From IMG/VR virus record IMGVR_UViG_3300021373_003070: a stretch of DNA of 64,000 nucleotides, one strand, 5' to 3'. Of this stretch, positions 1 through 10,962 are shown piece after piece. This DNA is from a virus. The translations under genes were made by a program, and so were the position numbers. Each line of letters begins with the position of its first letter. Within the stretch, counting starts at the first letter, position 1. The notes under the pieces were generated by a model, which was not told where the DNA came from, did not search any database, and saw nothing but the letters and a program-made list of their open reading frames with translations.

Positions 1-810
1 ATCGCTGGTTGGAAACTCAAAGAATTGGTATATCATGATCCACTAAGAACGATTGGCGGAGTCACGATATACGAAGAACCTGAAGCAGAAAAAAAGTACG
101 TCATAACCGTCGATGTTAGTCGCGGCAAAGGACTTGACTATTCAGCATTTCAAGTAATCGATACCACTAAAATGCCGTATAGACAAGTTTGTACGTACAG
201 AAATAATATGATAACACCGGTTGATTATACTGCAGCTGTTCATAGAGCAGCTATGTTTTATAATCAAGCTTCAGTTATGGTAGAAATTAATGATATTGGT
301 GATCAAGTAGCAGGTATATTATTTGAAGAATATGAATATGAGAACATGCTATTAACGGAAAATAACGGCCGAGAAGGTAAAAGATTAATATCTGGTGTTG
401 CTGGTTTTAATGGAAGGGCAGATAAAGGTATAAGGACGACTAAACCTGTGAAGGCTTTAGGCTGTTCAATGCTAAAACTGTTAATCGAACAAAATCAGCT
501 TATAGTAAATGACTTCGAAACGATTAAAGAGCTATCTACCTTTAGTGCGAAAGGCACATCATATGAGGCCGAACCCGGCAATCATGATGATTTAACAATG
601 TGTTTAGTACTCTTTGGATGGCTCACAAATCAAAGATACTTCAAAGAATTGACTGATATAAATACGGTCATAAATCTGAAGGAAATGAACGAAGAGAAAG
701 TTTTTAGTGAATTGACGCCCTTCGGTTTGATAGATTCCGGGCATGAAAACTACGAAGATAAGGTGCCTGTGACTGTGAAAGGCGACGACGACTGGGGTTG
801 GCTGCGCTAA
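1..810 (+). CDS. gp17: Terminase large subunit, C-terminal nuclease part (5' truncated by window edge)
   Basis: Frame is open from position 1; motifs VDVSRGKGLDYSAF, VEINDIG and EAEPGNHDDLTMCL typical of T4 gp17; lies directly before the sheath gene. Confidence 0.95.
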   Translation: MAGWKLKELVYHDPLRTIGGVTIYEEPEAEKKYVITVDVSRGKGLDYSAFQVIDTTKMPYRQVCTYRNNMITPVDYTAAVHRAAMFYNQASVMVEINDIGDQVAGILFEEYEYENMLLTENNGREGKRLISGVAGFNGRADKGIRTTKPVKALGCSMLKLLIEQNQLIVNDFETIKELSTFSAKGTSYEAEPGNHDDLTMCLVLFGWLTNQRYFKELTDINTVINLKEMNEEKVFSELTPFGLIDSGHENYEDKVPVTVKGDDDWGWLR

Positions 811-827
811 TTAGAAATGTTGTTTGT

Positions 828-835
828 TATAAATA
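828..835 (+). promoter_or_regulatory. T4-type late promoter TATAAATA
   Basis: Exact TATAAATA upstream of gp18; gp55 is encoded in the window. Confidence 0.85.
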
Positions 836-883
836 AATGTACGATCTAGATTATATTTAAAATTTTTACAGGGAGAAACAAAT

Positions 884-3406
884 ATGCCTTTTCAATTAAG
901 CCCAGGCGTTAATACTACAGAAATCGATTTGACGACTGTAATCCCTGCCGTGGCTACAACTGATGGCGCCATTGCGGGCGTATTTCAGTGGGGTCCGGTA
1001 GATAAGCCCGTACTAGTTACAGGCGAAGACGACATGGTAGCGCAGTTTGGCAAGCCAAATGCTGGTAATTTTGAAACATTCATGACAGCCGCTAGCTTTT
1101 TGTCTTACAGTAACAGCTTGTATATTTCACGAGCTCATCACTCATTCGGTTCTGATATTCGTCTTTCAGTATTTACTGTCGACGGTGCTGACTACTTTGT
1201 AGTTGCAGATAGCGATTCAACAGGTGTTTCGACTGGCGATGTAGTTGCTGCTCGTGGCTCTGACGTTGCTGAAGCTGTTGTCACTGTTGATGCTTCAGAT
1301 CAAGTCGAAGCTATTACTCAAACCAATATCGACACAGTTGGTAATAAGATTGATCAAACTTTGACTGTTCTTCGCGAAGGCGAGAAAGTCACTGCTACAT
1401 CAGATAACGCATTACCTACTGTACTTGGTGGCGGAACTGGCCCATCAGCTGAACTTTACGTCATTAACGTAAACGCTGGTGACTTCCAGTTAACTACTTC
1501 ACAAGGTTCTACAGGTGATATTGTTGTATTCGGTGATACTGGTAGCGGCACAATGACGCTAACACGCTCCGGTTCAACACGAATCACTATGACCGGCGAG
1601 ACTTTCTCCGGTGGAACTGGTTCAACAATTCTCGAATTCCACGATGCCGACTATTCATTCAACGCTGTTGCTAACTCAAGCGTTCGAGCTGCTTCACTTG
1701 CATCTAACATCGTTAAGAACGAAGACACCTACGACGGTGCTCTTGCTTCATTCGATGATAGTGTAGAGTGGATTGCTAAGTATCCCGGTTCTCTTGGAAA
1801 CAGCTTACAGATTTCAGTTTGCGATTCAGCGAATGCTTTCTCATCCACCGTAACTGTCGCTCAAGGTGCTGCAACTGTACTGGCGATTGAAATTGGTGCA
1901 TCAAATGGTACTATTACTACTGACGGCGCTGATTCACTTATCACTGATGTAACTGCTCAATTGGCAGTAGGCGATAAGATTCTGGTTGGTAATACTACAA
2001 TCGGCGAACAGTACCTCGAAATCTCAGGTATCGATACTACTTCAAACACTTCATCAGGTGTACTTACATTTACTACGCCATTGACTACTACTGAAGACGT
2101 TTCAATTGCATCAACTGCAGGTGCAAATGCTACATTCACACGACTATGGCAACATTGGGATCTTGTAGATGGAGCGCCCGGCACTTCAGAGTATGTTGCA
2201 GAGAAAGGCGGAACTGGTAAAGATCAGGTTCACGTAGTTGTTCTCGATGAAGATGGATTGATTTCAGGTGTCCCCGGCACTGTACTTGAAGTATTCAACT
2301 CACTATCTCGTGCAACAGACGCAAAAGACGAGCAAGGTTCATCTCTTTACTATAAAGATGCGATCAACAGCCGATCTCAGTATGTCTGGTGGGCGAATGA
2401 TCGTACTGGCGCAGCTTCTGCTCCTGCGATTAGCGTTGCATCTTCAACCAACAATGATCCTTCAACATTGTCATTCGCTAGTGGCCGAGATAACGGTACT
2501 GAAACTTCAGCTCCTCTCGGTGATATCCTTCGCGCATACGACGTATTTAAGTCAGCCGAAGATGTTGATATCTCACTAGTCATGGCAGGTAAGGCTCGTG
2601 GCGGTGCACACGGTCAAACACTACCCAACTACATTGTAGATAACATTGCTGAATCTCGTAAAGATTGCGTTGTATTCATCTCGCCAGAGCGTGGAGATGT
2701 GGTTGACAACGTTAGCGATATCGCTGCAGACGTAGTTGAATTTAGAAACGCTTGCCGATCAACTTCATACGGTGTTCTAGATGGCGGATACAAGTACATG
2801 TACGACAAGTACAACGACGTATATCGCTGGGTACCATTAAATGGTGACATTGCAGGTCTCGCAGCTTACACAGATGGCGAGCGTGATGCATGGTGGTCAC
2901 CTGCTGGCTTCAACCGCGGACAAATCCGCAATGTTGTACGCCTCGCTTGGAACCCCAAGAAAGCCCAACGTGATCTTCTATACAAGAACGGTGTGAATCC
3001 AGTAGTTAACTTCCCAGGTCAAGGTGTGGTGCTCTTCGGTGACAAGACTATGCTTGCTCGCCCATCAGCATTCGATCGAATCAATGTACGTCGATTGTTC
3101 ATTGTCCTCGAGAAGGCGATTGCGACAGCATCACAATCAACCTTGTTCGAATTTAACGATGAGTTTACAAGAGCGAGCTTTGTAAATCTTGTAACGCCAT
3201 TCCTTCGCAGTGTGCAAGGACGGCGAGGTATTACCGACTTCGTAGTCGTATGTGATGGAACAAACAATACGGGCGACGTAATTGACCGTAACGAGTTTGT
3301 TGGTGACATCTATGTCAAGCCTTCGCGAAGCATCAACTTCATTCAGTTGAATTTTGTTGCGGTTAGAAGCGGCGTAGAATTCTCCGAAGTTATTGGAAAC
3401 GCATAA
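884..3406 (+). CDS. gp18: Tail sheath protein (840 aa, with insertion domains)
   Basis: N-terminal LSPGV..TEIDLT and FQWGP; C-terminal WWSPAGFNRG, FDRINVRRLF, KPSRSINFIQLNFVA. Confidence 0.97.
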   Translation: MPFQLSPGVNTTEIDLTTVIPAVATTDGAIAGVFQWGPVDKPVLVTGEDDMVAQFGKPNAGNFETFMTAASFLSYSNSLYISRAHHSFGSDIRLSVFTVDGADYFVVADSDSTGVSTGDVVAARGSDVAEAVVTVDASDQVEAITQTNIDTVGNKIDQTLTVLREGEKVTATSDNALPTVLGGGTGPSAELYVINVNAGDFQLTTSQGSTGDIVVFGDTGSGTMTLTRSGSTRITMTGETFSGGTGSTILEFHDADYSFNAVANSSVRAASLASNIVKNEDTYDGALASFDDSVEWIAKYPGSLGNSLQISVCDSANAFSSTVTVAQGAATVLAIEIGASNGTITTDGADSLITDVTAQLAVGDKILVGNTTIGEQYLEISGIDTTSNTSSGVLTFTTPLTTTEDVSIASTAGANATFTRLWQHWDLVDGAPGTSEYVAEKGGTGKDQVHVVVLDEDGLISGVPGTVLEVFNSLSRATDAKDEQGSSLYYKDAINSRSQYVWWANDRTGAASAPAISVASSTNNDPSTLSFASGRDNGTETSAPLGDILRAYDVFKSAEDVDISLVMAGKARGGAHGQTLPNYIVDNIAESRKDCVVFISPERGDVVDNVSDIAADVVEFRNACRSTSYGVLDGGYKYMYDKYNDVYRWVPLNGDIAGLAAYTDGERDAWWSPAGFNRGQIRNVVRLAWNPKKAQRDLLYKNGVNPVVNFPGQGVVLFGDKTMLARPSAFDRINVRRLFIVLEKAIATASQSTLFEFNDEFTRASFVNLVTPFLRSVQGRRGITDFVVVCDGTNNTGDVIDRNEFVGDIYVKPSRSINFIQLNFVAVRSGVEFSEVIGNA

Positions 3407-3434
3407 ATAGAATAAACAATAGGAGAATAAACTA

Positions 3435-3947
3435 ATGGCTTTTAATTTACAAGAGTTCAAACAAAATGCGATCTCAGCTGGCGGGTTCCGACCCGCCCTC
3501 TTTGAGGTAAGAGCGCCTGCAGTATTGGGTGGCTCACCATTTAGTTTTCTTTGTATGTCGACACAGGTACCAGCTTTTACCCACGGTGTCATTGAAGTGC
3601 CATATTTCGGACGTAAGATCAAGATCGCTGGTGATCGAACTTACACCGAATGGACAACTACACTTATGATCGAAGAAGACTTTGGTGTACGCGACAGCCT
3701 AGAAGCTTGGGCAGATCAAATCAATGATCCAGTTTCAGGTCAACGTACATTTGGTGCACCAGAAGATTACAAGAATGAAATGGAAGTTATCTTGTATGGA
3801 AAAACTGGTGAAGCTAAGCGCACTTATAACCTTGAAGGATGCTGGCCAACAGACGTAGGCACTATCGAGTTGGATTGGAATACAACTGACACGATTGGCA
3901 CTTACACTGTAACTTGGGCGTTTGATAACATGCCTAAGGGCAGCTAA
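3435..3947 (+). CDS. gp19: Tail tube protein
   Basis: RPALFEV, VPYFGRKIKIAGDRTYTEWT, WPTDVGTIELDW; position after the sheath gene. Confidence 0.93.
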   Translation: MAFNLQEFKQNAISAGGFRPALFEVRAPAVLGGSPFSFLCMSTQVPAFTHGVIEVPYFGRKIKIAGDRTYTEWTTTLMIEEDFGVRDSLEAWADQINDPVSGQRTFGAPEDYKNEMEVILYGKTGEAKRTYNLEGCWPTDVGTIELDWNTTDTIGTYTVTWAFDNMPKGS

Positions 3948-3984
3948 TTTAGCTTTAAGTCAAATTAACAAAAAGTAGTACCTG

Positions 3985-4021
3985 AGGGGATTATAAATAA
4001 ACTTATAATCCCCTTTTTTTT
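3985..4021 (+). terminator. Intrinsic terminator with a late promoter (3992-3999) embedded in it
   Basis: 12-bp stem AGGGGATTATAA/TTATAATCCCCT, 6-nt loop, T-tract; TATAAATA spans the stem and loop. Confidence 0.8.
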
Positions 4022-4034
4022 ATCGGAGCATTGA

Positions 4035-5741
4035 ATGGAACTTTTTGGATTTGAAATTAATCGTAAGAAGGAGCAAAAGCAGCAAGAAAAACTGCAATCA
4101 TTTGTTCCTCCATCTAATGAAGATGGTGCGCTTACGGTTGCTGCCGGTGGTGTTTATGGTACGTATGTCGACTTAGATGGATCGGTAAGAACAGAAGCAG
4201 AACTCGTTAATAAGTATCGAGCGATCTCTTTTGATCCTATCATTGATCTAGCAATACAAGAAATATGCAATGAGGCCATCGTAGAAGACAGCGACGAAGA
4301 GACCGTGTCTATTGTATTAGACGACGTAAAAACACAAGATTCTATTAAGAAAACGATTATAGCCGAATTCGAAGAGATACTTAATCTCCTCGAGTTTAAT
4401 CGTTTGAGCTATGACATATTTAAACGATGGTATGTCGATGGTAGATTATACTATCATGTAATCGTTGACGAGAAAAAACCAGCACGTGGCATATTAGAAC
4501 TACGTTATATCGATCCACGAAATATTAAGAAGATTCGTGAAGTTAAAAAAGAAAAAGATAGTAAGACTGGTGTCACCATTGAAAAAATCGTCAATGAATA
4601 TTACATGTACAGCCCATCCGGATTTCTTAAAAGAACGGGCTCGTTAACCGGTTCTACGATGAGCTCATATGGATCTAGTAATCCATCCGCTGCCGAAGGT
4701 GTCAAGATATCTCCTGACTCTATTTGTTTCAACACAAGTGGATGTCAGAGTATGGATAATAAGCTCATATTATCTTGGCTACAAAAAGCAATACGCCCGC
4801 TGAATCAGCTTCGATCTATGGAAGATTCGATGGTTATCTATCGTATCTCACGAGCACCTGAGCGTCGTATTTTCTATGTTGATGTAGGTGGATTGCCAAA
4901 AGCTAAAGCTGAACAATATTTGTCAGACATTATGACAAAGTTTAAGAATAAGACTGTCTATGATTCTGCAACAGGCGAAATCAAAGATGATAGAAAGTTC
5001 ATGACCATGCTCGAAGATTTTTGGTTACCTCGTCGAGAAGGTGGTCGTGGTACAGAAATCACTACGCTGCCTGGCGGTCAGAATCTCGGTGATATTGAAG
5101 ATGTTCAATATTTCCAAAGCAATTTGTATCGGTCGTTGAATGTACCGATTACTCGTTTGCAACCAGAAAACACTTATAGTTTAGGCCGTGCAACAGAAAT
5201 TACGAGAGACGAAGTAAAGTTTGGTAAGTTTATTACTCGACTACGCCAAAAATTCTCTGAATTATTCCTTAAGTTGCTTGAGCGCCAGCTAATTCTAAAA
5301 GGTGTATGTACAGTAGAAGATTGGGATGAATGGAAATCTAAAATTAATTTCGACTTTGCTGTAGATAACTACTTCGAAGAATTAAAGATGCTAGAAATGA
5401 ATCGCGATAGAGTTGGTCTATTGCGTGAAATGGAAGAGTGGGTTGGTAAATACTATTCGCATGAGTATATCAGACGCTATGTTTTGCAACAGTCTGAAGC
5501 TGAAATGAAAGATTTAGATAAGCAAATAACTGATGAAGCAAACGATCCTCGCTATAATGAAGTCGAAGAGGAACCACCTGAAGAAGAAGCACCACCACCT
5601 GTACCACAACAATCATTTAAGTTGGTACCTGACGACTCTGCAGAAAAGGAAGGAGAGGATAAAGCTGATAAGAAAGAAGAGTATGATGCTCTTCAAATGA
5701 ATTTGCTTGAATCTATGACAAGATATTTAGACGATGAATAA
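4035..5741 (+). CDS. gp20: Portal vertex protein
   Basis: IYRISRAPERRIFYVDVG, MLEDFWLPRREGGRGTEITTLPGGQNL. Confidence 0.97.
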   Translation: MELFGFEINRKKEQKQQEKLQSFVPPSNEDGALTVAAGGVYGTYVDLDGSVRTEAELVNKYRAISFDPIIDLAIQEICNEAIVEDSDEETVSIVLDDVKTQDSIKKTIIAEFEEILNLLEFNRLSYDIFKRWYVDGRLYYHVIVDEKKPARGILELRYIDPRNIKKIREVKKEKDSKTGVTIEKIVNEYYMYSPSGFLKRTGSLTGSTMSSYGSSNPSAAEGVKISPDSICFNTSGCQSMDNKLILSWLQKAIRPLNQLRSMEDSMVIYRISRAPERRIFYVDVGGLPKAKAEQYLSDIMTKFKNKTVYDSATGEIKDDRKFMTMLEDFWLPRREGGRGTEITTLPGGQNLGDIEDVQYFQSNLYRSLNVPITRLQPENTYSLGRATEITRDEVKFGKFITRLRQKFSELFLKLLERQLILKGVCTVEDWDEWKSKINFDFAVDNYFEELKMLEMNRDRVGLLREMEEWVGKYYSHEYIRRYVLQQSEAEMKDLDKQITDEANDPRYNEVEEEPPEEEAPPPVPQQSFKLVPDDSAEKEGEDKADKKEEYDALQMNLLESMTRYLDDE

Positions 5742-6873
5742 AATTGATCCTATTGTAACATCTTTTGCGATTGCTGCAGCCAAGAAAGAAGCTCAAAAAG
5801 TAAAAGATGCTATTAAAGAAGAAGTACAAATAATAGAAGGACCTCGAGGCGAAGTCGGTCAACAAGGTCCTATCGGTGAACAAGGTCCGAGAGGCTATAT
5901 AGGTCCTATTGGAGACACAGGCGCGCAAGGACCACAAGGAGAAAAAGGACCACAAGGTGAAAAAGGACCACAAGGTGAAACTGGAGAAACAGGTTTACAA
6001 GGTGAAGCTGGCCCTCAAGGCGTTCAAGGAGAACGTGGTGAGAAAGGCGAAAAAGGCGATCAAGGTTTATCTGGACCTGCTGGTGCTGCAGGCAGGATGG
6101 GTCCCCAAGGACCTGCCGGCGAACAAGGTAAAGAAGGACCTCAAGGACTTCGAGGAGCTGATGGGCCACGTGGCGAGAAAGGGGACAAAGGAGATACAGG
6201 ACCCGCAGGACCACAAGGAGAGAAAGGCGAGAAGGGCGATACTGGAGCGCAAGGTCCGCAAGGCGAGACTGGCAAAGATGGCCGAGACGCAGACTCGCAA
6301 GAAATAAAGGAGCAAATCAATACTTTATTTGAAGATGCCAAGACTTATCTCGACTCGCAACAGAAAAATTTACAAGAGCAGTTAGATGCAACGCAATTAC
6401 AAGATCTCACAGAGTTTAAATCTAAGCTAACAAAAGAAGTATCAGAAACGATTGAGAAACATAAGAAGTTTATTGATTCTCAAATATCAAACAAATGGGC
6501 ATCATCAGCAGGTGGTGGTTCAGTAAATATCCTACAGATGGATGACGTCAAATTTCAGAAACGTCATGAAGTCGAAGGTGATGCTATTCTTATCTTCGAT
6601 TCTGTTTCAAAGAAGTTTCAATCAGAATCATTCAACGATATCATAGAAAGGTTACAGGTAGGCATGGAAAAACAATACGATAGACTCGTTGATACAGATG
6701 GCGATTATGTTTATATTGGTGAAGCAAACCCAGGCACGGCACGTGATGCAGCTGGCTGGCGTATTAAGCGTGTCTATGAGTTGCCCGGTGATGATGTAGA
6801 AATCATATGGGCAAACAATACTGCCAACACTGAACTCATCTGGGATAATCGAGCAACTTACGAGTATAACTAA
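5734..6873 (+). CDS. Collagen-like virion fibre protein
   Basis: 50 uninterrupted Gly-X-Y triplets (5839-6288), then a coiled coil and a small C-terminal domain (YIGEA..G....A.WRIKR). Confidence 0.85.
   Translation: MNKIDPIVTSFAIAAAKKEAQKVKDAIKEEVQIIEGPRGEVGQQGPIGEQGPRGYIGPIGDTGAQGPQGEKGPQGEKGPQGETGETGLQGEAGPQGVQGERGEKGEKGDQGLSGPAGAAGRMGPQGPAGEQGKEGPQGLRGADGPRGEKGDKGDTGPAGPQGEKGEKGDTGAQGPQGETGKDGRDADSQEIKEQINTLFEDAKTYLDSQQKNLQEQLDATQLQDLTEFKSKLTKEVSETIEKHKKFIDSQISNKWASSAGGGSVNILQMDDVKFQKRHEVEGDAILIFDSVSKKFQSESFNDIIERLQVGMEKQYDRLVDTDGDYVYIGEANPGTARDAAGWRIKRVYELPGDDVEIIWANNTANTELIWDNRATYEYN
5839..6288 (+). repeat. Collagen Gly-X-Y coding repeat (50 triplets)
   Basis: Counted from GPRGEV to GKDGRD. 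Confidence 0.9.
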
Positions 6874-7028
6874 TGAGCAGAAATCGAACAAGAATAACAG
6901 TTGATGGCACAGTAGTTGAGATGCTCAAAGATGGCGTTACTATCGTAACTGATTATGACACCGAATTAGAAGCACTAGAAGCTGCTAAAGCTCTCATCGA
7001 TACAGAAATTGCGGAGCAAAGTACTTAA
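6873..7028 (+). CDS. Small hypothetical protein (51 aa, [12 protein letters not shown]...)
   Basis: Fills the gap exactly, with TAATG coupling at both ends. Confidence 0.7.
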   Translation: MSRNRTRITVDGTVVEMLKDGVTIVTDYDTELEALEAAKALIDTEIAEQST

Positions 7029-8773
7029 TGGCTATTACATATAGTACAAACGCTGCTGATAAACGAATGGTTCAGTGGTGGTCAGGCGACACTCTTACTG
7101 GTTGGGGTGGACCAAACGACGGCCTAGATTCTTTCGGTGCTGAGATTGAAGGGACATCGTGCGTTGTAATTGCTGCTCGTAAAAACGAAAATCTTTCTAT
7201 TACATATACGAGTACTCTCACTAGTGTGCCGGCCGGATCACAACTTATTTTTAATACGTATACTATTATTGGTAATGTACTTACATCATTTGATATTGAC
7301 GTAAATGATGGCGCAACAGGTACAGCTAATTTTGATATTCTATCAGAATTTACCGGTGCAACTCCTTCATTAAACCTAGGTTCTTTTGTTGCTATCGCAA
7401 TGGATTTAGAAGCAGGCACTCTTAATGCACCTACAAATAACTTATCAGATATATCATATAATCTAAACGTTCAGAACGTAAACATTCGTTCAACTGATAA
7501 TTTCTTCTTAGACGCAGCTTATGTTGGCGATGGTGTAACACTTATCGGAACAACGGTTGGGGATAAACTCTTTACTGAGGCTCAGGCGCAAGATATTTCA
7601 AACGATATTCATAACGGTGTTTTACAGGCATTTGAGGATGTAATCTTTGCTCAGCATGATATTGATATTGATACGACCACAGGCAATAGCGATAAAGAGT
7701 CTTTGACCTTTATTGAAACAAATAACGGTGCAAACACTTACGAATTAAATGGCACTGGAACTGCGGTCTTTACTGGCACTAATATTCAGACTACCGGCAC
7801 TGTGACATGCACAGTCAATATGAGTAATATGACGTCGTTTAGTATGACTGCTGGTTCGATGAACAACATTACCACGATCACATTCGGATCAGGTCAAACT
7901 ATTACAAGAGCCAATTTCAACGATGTTACTACATTCAACACCGGCGCTTCTACATTTACGAATAATACTCTGAATACTATCACTACTGCTAATATTTCAA
8001 CAGCAGCTTCAGGTTGTACATTTAATAGTGTCACTACTCCGAATGTAACAGCTGCTTTAACAAGTTGTACATTTAATGAATCCGGCGAAGTTGATATCTC
8101 AACAGGCGGTGGTACTCTTACAAGCTGTGCATTTACAAATACGACAGCAGCGATTGCGTTGACTATTGCTGATTTAAACGATATTGATGATCTTTCATTT
8201 ACAGGCGATAACACAAGTCATGCTGTCGATGTTGGTACAATATCAACAAACACGACACGAACTTGGAATCACACAGTTGTTAGCGGCTATGCAGGCACAA
8301 ACGTAGCTGCGAATGCATCCAGCACTGCAGGAGATTCTGAAGTAATATTAGTAAACGTAGCGACTGGTGTAACACTTACAATTAATGTAGCTGCTGGAGC
8401 AACAGTTCCTACTTATCGAAATACTGGCCCAGGAACAGTAGTTGTACAGCAAACAGTTAATTTCGATGTAACGAATATATACGGTGGTACTGAGTTGCGT
8501 TTGTTTACAGATCCTGCACTCGCAGCTCTTGGAGGTGCAGAAGATGTGGCGAACACTTCTACATATGACTCAGGATTTAGTCAGTTATCTGGTCCTGATG
8601 CTTTAGGTAGATATAATGTAAGATATCAATATAATTATACTGCCGACACTGATATATTTGTCGTAGTACATTCACTTGATTATCAATATCTTAGATTGAG
8701 CACGACGTTGGGTTCATCTGATAGCAGTTTACAGATAAATCAAGTCTTCGACAGACAGTATGAGAATCCATAA
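7028..8773 (+). CDS. Putative virion structural/fibre protein (Thr/Asn-rich, possible beta-helix)
   Basis: Composition; repeated CTFN/CAFT-like turns; late-gene context. Confidence 0.6.
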   Translation: MAITYSTNAADKRMVQWWSGDTLTGWGGPNDGLDSFGAEIEGTSCVVIAARKNENLSITYTSTLTSVPAGSQLIFNTYTIIGNVLTSFDIDVNDGATGTANFDILSEFTGATPSLNLGSFVAIAMDLEAGTLNAPTNNLSDISYNLNVQNVNIRSTDNFFLDAAYVGDGVTLIGTTVGDKLFTEAQAQDISNDIHNGVLQAFEDVIFAQHDIDIDTTTGNSDKESLTFIETNNGANTYELNGTGTAVFTGTNIQTTGTVTCTVNMSNMTSFSMTAGSMNNITTITFGSGQTITRANFNDVTTFNTGASTFTNNTLNTITTANISTAASGCTFNSVTTPNVTAALTSCTFNESGEVDISTGGGTLTSCAFTNTTAAIALTIADLNDIDDLSFTGDNTSHAVDVGTISTNTTRTWNHTVVSGYAGTNVAANASSTAGDSEVILVNVATGVTLTINVAAGATVPTYRNTGPGTVVVQQTVNFDVTNIYGGTELRLFTDPALAALGGAEDVANTSTYDSGFSQLSGPDALGRYNVRYQYNYTADTDIFVVVHSLDYQYLRLSTTLGSSDSSLQINQVFDRQYENP

Positions 8774-8777
8774 TTTT

Positions 8778-8785
8778 TATAAATA
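8778..8785 (+). promoter_or_regulatory. Late promoter TATAAATA
   Basis: Exact consensus, intergenic, followed by AGGAG RBS. Confidence 0.85.
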
Positions 8786-8822
8786 AAAAGAACAATAACC
8801 CCCCTTAACAGGAGATTCAACA

Positions 8823-10913
8823 ATGGCAGTTTTCGTAGCTACAGACATTATTACTGATCCGGATGATTTGTCCGCAACAGTAAAATTGACAACTGAGACA
8901 CGAGCGGCAGCTGATGAGATTTTTATCGATACTACACCTGCAGGAACTCCTGCCGATCCTCGTACGATCGCTGTAATTATCGATGATGGTAATAATGGTA
9001 TGAAAGAAGCCGGTCTGACACTTAAGTGTCTTTATTCATTCCTCAAAGAAGAATGGCGTACTAACGCCGATCTAATCAAATTCCCTTTCCCCATGACTCC
9101 AATTACGGATGAGCAGTTTGAATTTACACAGGGATGGAACTTAGAAGCCACAACAACATCTGGTACTGGTAATGACGGTTCAGGTGTAACCACTCCCTAC
9201 CTCATCCGTACAGGTGGTTGGGCTGTAAATAACGCACGTGCAGGATACTCTGGTACAGTACGTGATTCAGAGCGTTGGTTTAGTGCGATTACTCTTGGTG
9301 CTCTTGATTCAAATGACCAAGTTTACTATCGTCAGATTGATGATACTACGACTGCACCTACAGATGTATTCCTCGAAGGCACTGTAAACCAAGCAGTACA
9401 ATTCTATCGCAATGACAATCCAGACGCAGACGGTGATACAGATGATACGAACGAATTTGATTATACAAACTTCTTTGAAATCTTTATTCGTACATTTGGT
9501 AAAACATATACGCAGACTAACTTGGCGGATATCGGTGCGGGCGACGGTGTAACATATCAGGCTTATCGTTTCCCACTTGCAAACGCATCGGATCCAAAAG
9601 TTACACAATCCGAAGCAGCAGCATCTGGTGATTCAATCACTATTTCTAATATCGACGGCGATGCTACTACGATCACTGTTGATACTACAGCTGCACACGG
9701 TCTTGCTGTAGGCGATACAGTTGATATCTTTAGTACAACTAACTATAACGCGAATGGCTTCGTAATTGCTACAGTACCTGATGCAAATACATTTACGATC
9801 GCAAACACTGGATTCGATCAAGCTGCAGAAACATCAGGCAACGTTGCTGGCCAGTTCTTCCGCAATATGAGCTTGTCATGGGCTAATACCACTGTTAATA
9901 CACAACAAACAGGATTTAACGACACGTTTGATACTACAGGTGTTTCTGTACCAGAAGCTTACTTCACAGTAAATCTAGATGCTGACGTAGCTGGTAACTT
10001 GTCAACGAAAGCATCTGCAGAATACATTTACATGTGGACTCAGGCGCAGCTGCGAAAGACAACAGACATCAATGAAAATACAAGTGATACTGGTGTACGT
10101 CGTGGTGATATTACTCCTCTTAAAGTACGTTTCGTGGGTGATGACTTATTCACGATTGGTAAGAAAGATGTACCCGGTGCTGTTGATTACGAAGGTGTAT
10201 ACATTACTGACTTCGCAACAGGCGATCAGAACAGATTGCACTTCTTCGGTTATGGTTCAGAGCAAAATGCAGCTGCAACTATTTCAGCTGCAGCACGTGC
10301 CTCAAACATCGTAACAGTTGATACTTCAGGTGATCACGGATTTATTGTTGGTGATTACATTACTATTGCAAACACAGACGCAACTACTGATTCGTTTAAT
10401 GGTAACTTTGAGATTGCGACAGTACCTGATGCAAATACATTCACATTTGCTCAAACTGGAGCTGATGAGTCAGCAACAGTAACTGGTTCATCAGTTGCAG
10501 AACCAGCGGAATTTGAAAACCTCACATTCCCATTCGTATCTACGTTGATTTTAAACTTCAACTCAAACCTAACAGACGACACTGATGCTATCTTCCGTGT
10601 ATTCTTTACAAATGACGACGCTGGTGATAATACCGGCCGAGACTTTGGTACAAAGGATGCATTGCTAGTACAAGATAGTTCTTCTACTGATATCTCAGGT
10701 ACAGTATCTGCTGCTTCGTTAGAGTTCTCATACGCTTATGATTCAAACGTTCAGCGTGGTTCTGCATCAGCTGGTGAAGATGTACCGATTACAGTAGTTG
10801 CAATTGGTCTTAATGATGCGCAGTATGTATCAGCTTCTGCGACAATTCAACGAGCTGACTTAACAGTATCTCTTGTTGCACCGCTCGAGAGAAACTACGC
10901 TAACCCAGCTTAA
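8823..10913 (+). CDS. Putative virion structural protein with a duplicated beta-domain
   Basis: Two internal copies of TVDT...HG..VGD...IATVPDANTFT; own late promoter. Confidence 0.65.
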   Translation: MAVFVATDIITDPDDLSATVKLTTETRAAADEIFIDTTPAGTPADPRTIAVIIDDGNNGMKEAGLTLKCLYSFLKEEWRTNADLIKFPFPMTPITDEQFEFTQGWNLEATTTSGTGNDGSGVTTPYLIRTGGWAVNNARAGYSGTVRDSERWFSAITLGALDSNDQVYYRQIDDTTTAPTDVFLEGTVNQAVQFYRNDNPDADGDTDDTNEFDYTNFFEIFIRTFGKTYTQTNLADIGAGDGVTYQAYRFPLANASDPKVTQSEAAASGDSITISNIDGDATTITVDTTAAHGLAVGDTVDIFSTTNYNANGFVIATVPDANTFTIANTGFDQAAETSGNVAGQFFRNMSLSWANTTVNTQQTGFNDTFDTTGVSVPEAYFTVNLDADVAGNLSTKASAEYIYMWTQAQLRKTTDINENTSDTGVRRGDITPLKVRFVGDDLFTIGKKDVPGAVDYEGVYITDFATGDQNRLHFFGYGSEQNAAATISAAARASNIVTVDTSGDHGFIVGDYITIANTDATTDSFNGNFEIATVPDANTFTFAQTGADESATVTGSSVAEPAEFENLTFPFVSTLILNFNSNLTDDTDAIFRVFFTNDDAGDNTGRDFGTKDALLVQDSSSTDISGTVSAASLEFSYAYDSNVQRGSASAGEDVPITVVAIGLNDAQYVSASATIQRADLTVSLVAPLERNYANPA

Positions 10914-10928
10914 TAAATAGTTTATGAA

Positions 10929-10951
10929 GGGCCCTTCGGGGCCCATATTTT
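10929..10951 (+). terminator. Hairpin GGGCCC-TTCG-GGGCCC, probable terminator
   Basis: C(UUCG)G tetraloop typical of T4-like phages; weak T-tract. Confidence 0.65.
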
Positions 10952-10962
10952 GAGAGGATAAT

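Noticed and set aside
657-664. TATAAATA inside gp17
   Set aside because: Intragenic and could be chance in AT-rich DNA; a closer promoter for gp18 exists at 828
5906-6341. Several alternative-frame and antisense ORFs in the collagen gene
   Set aside because: By-products of the stop-poor Gly-X-Y repeat
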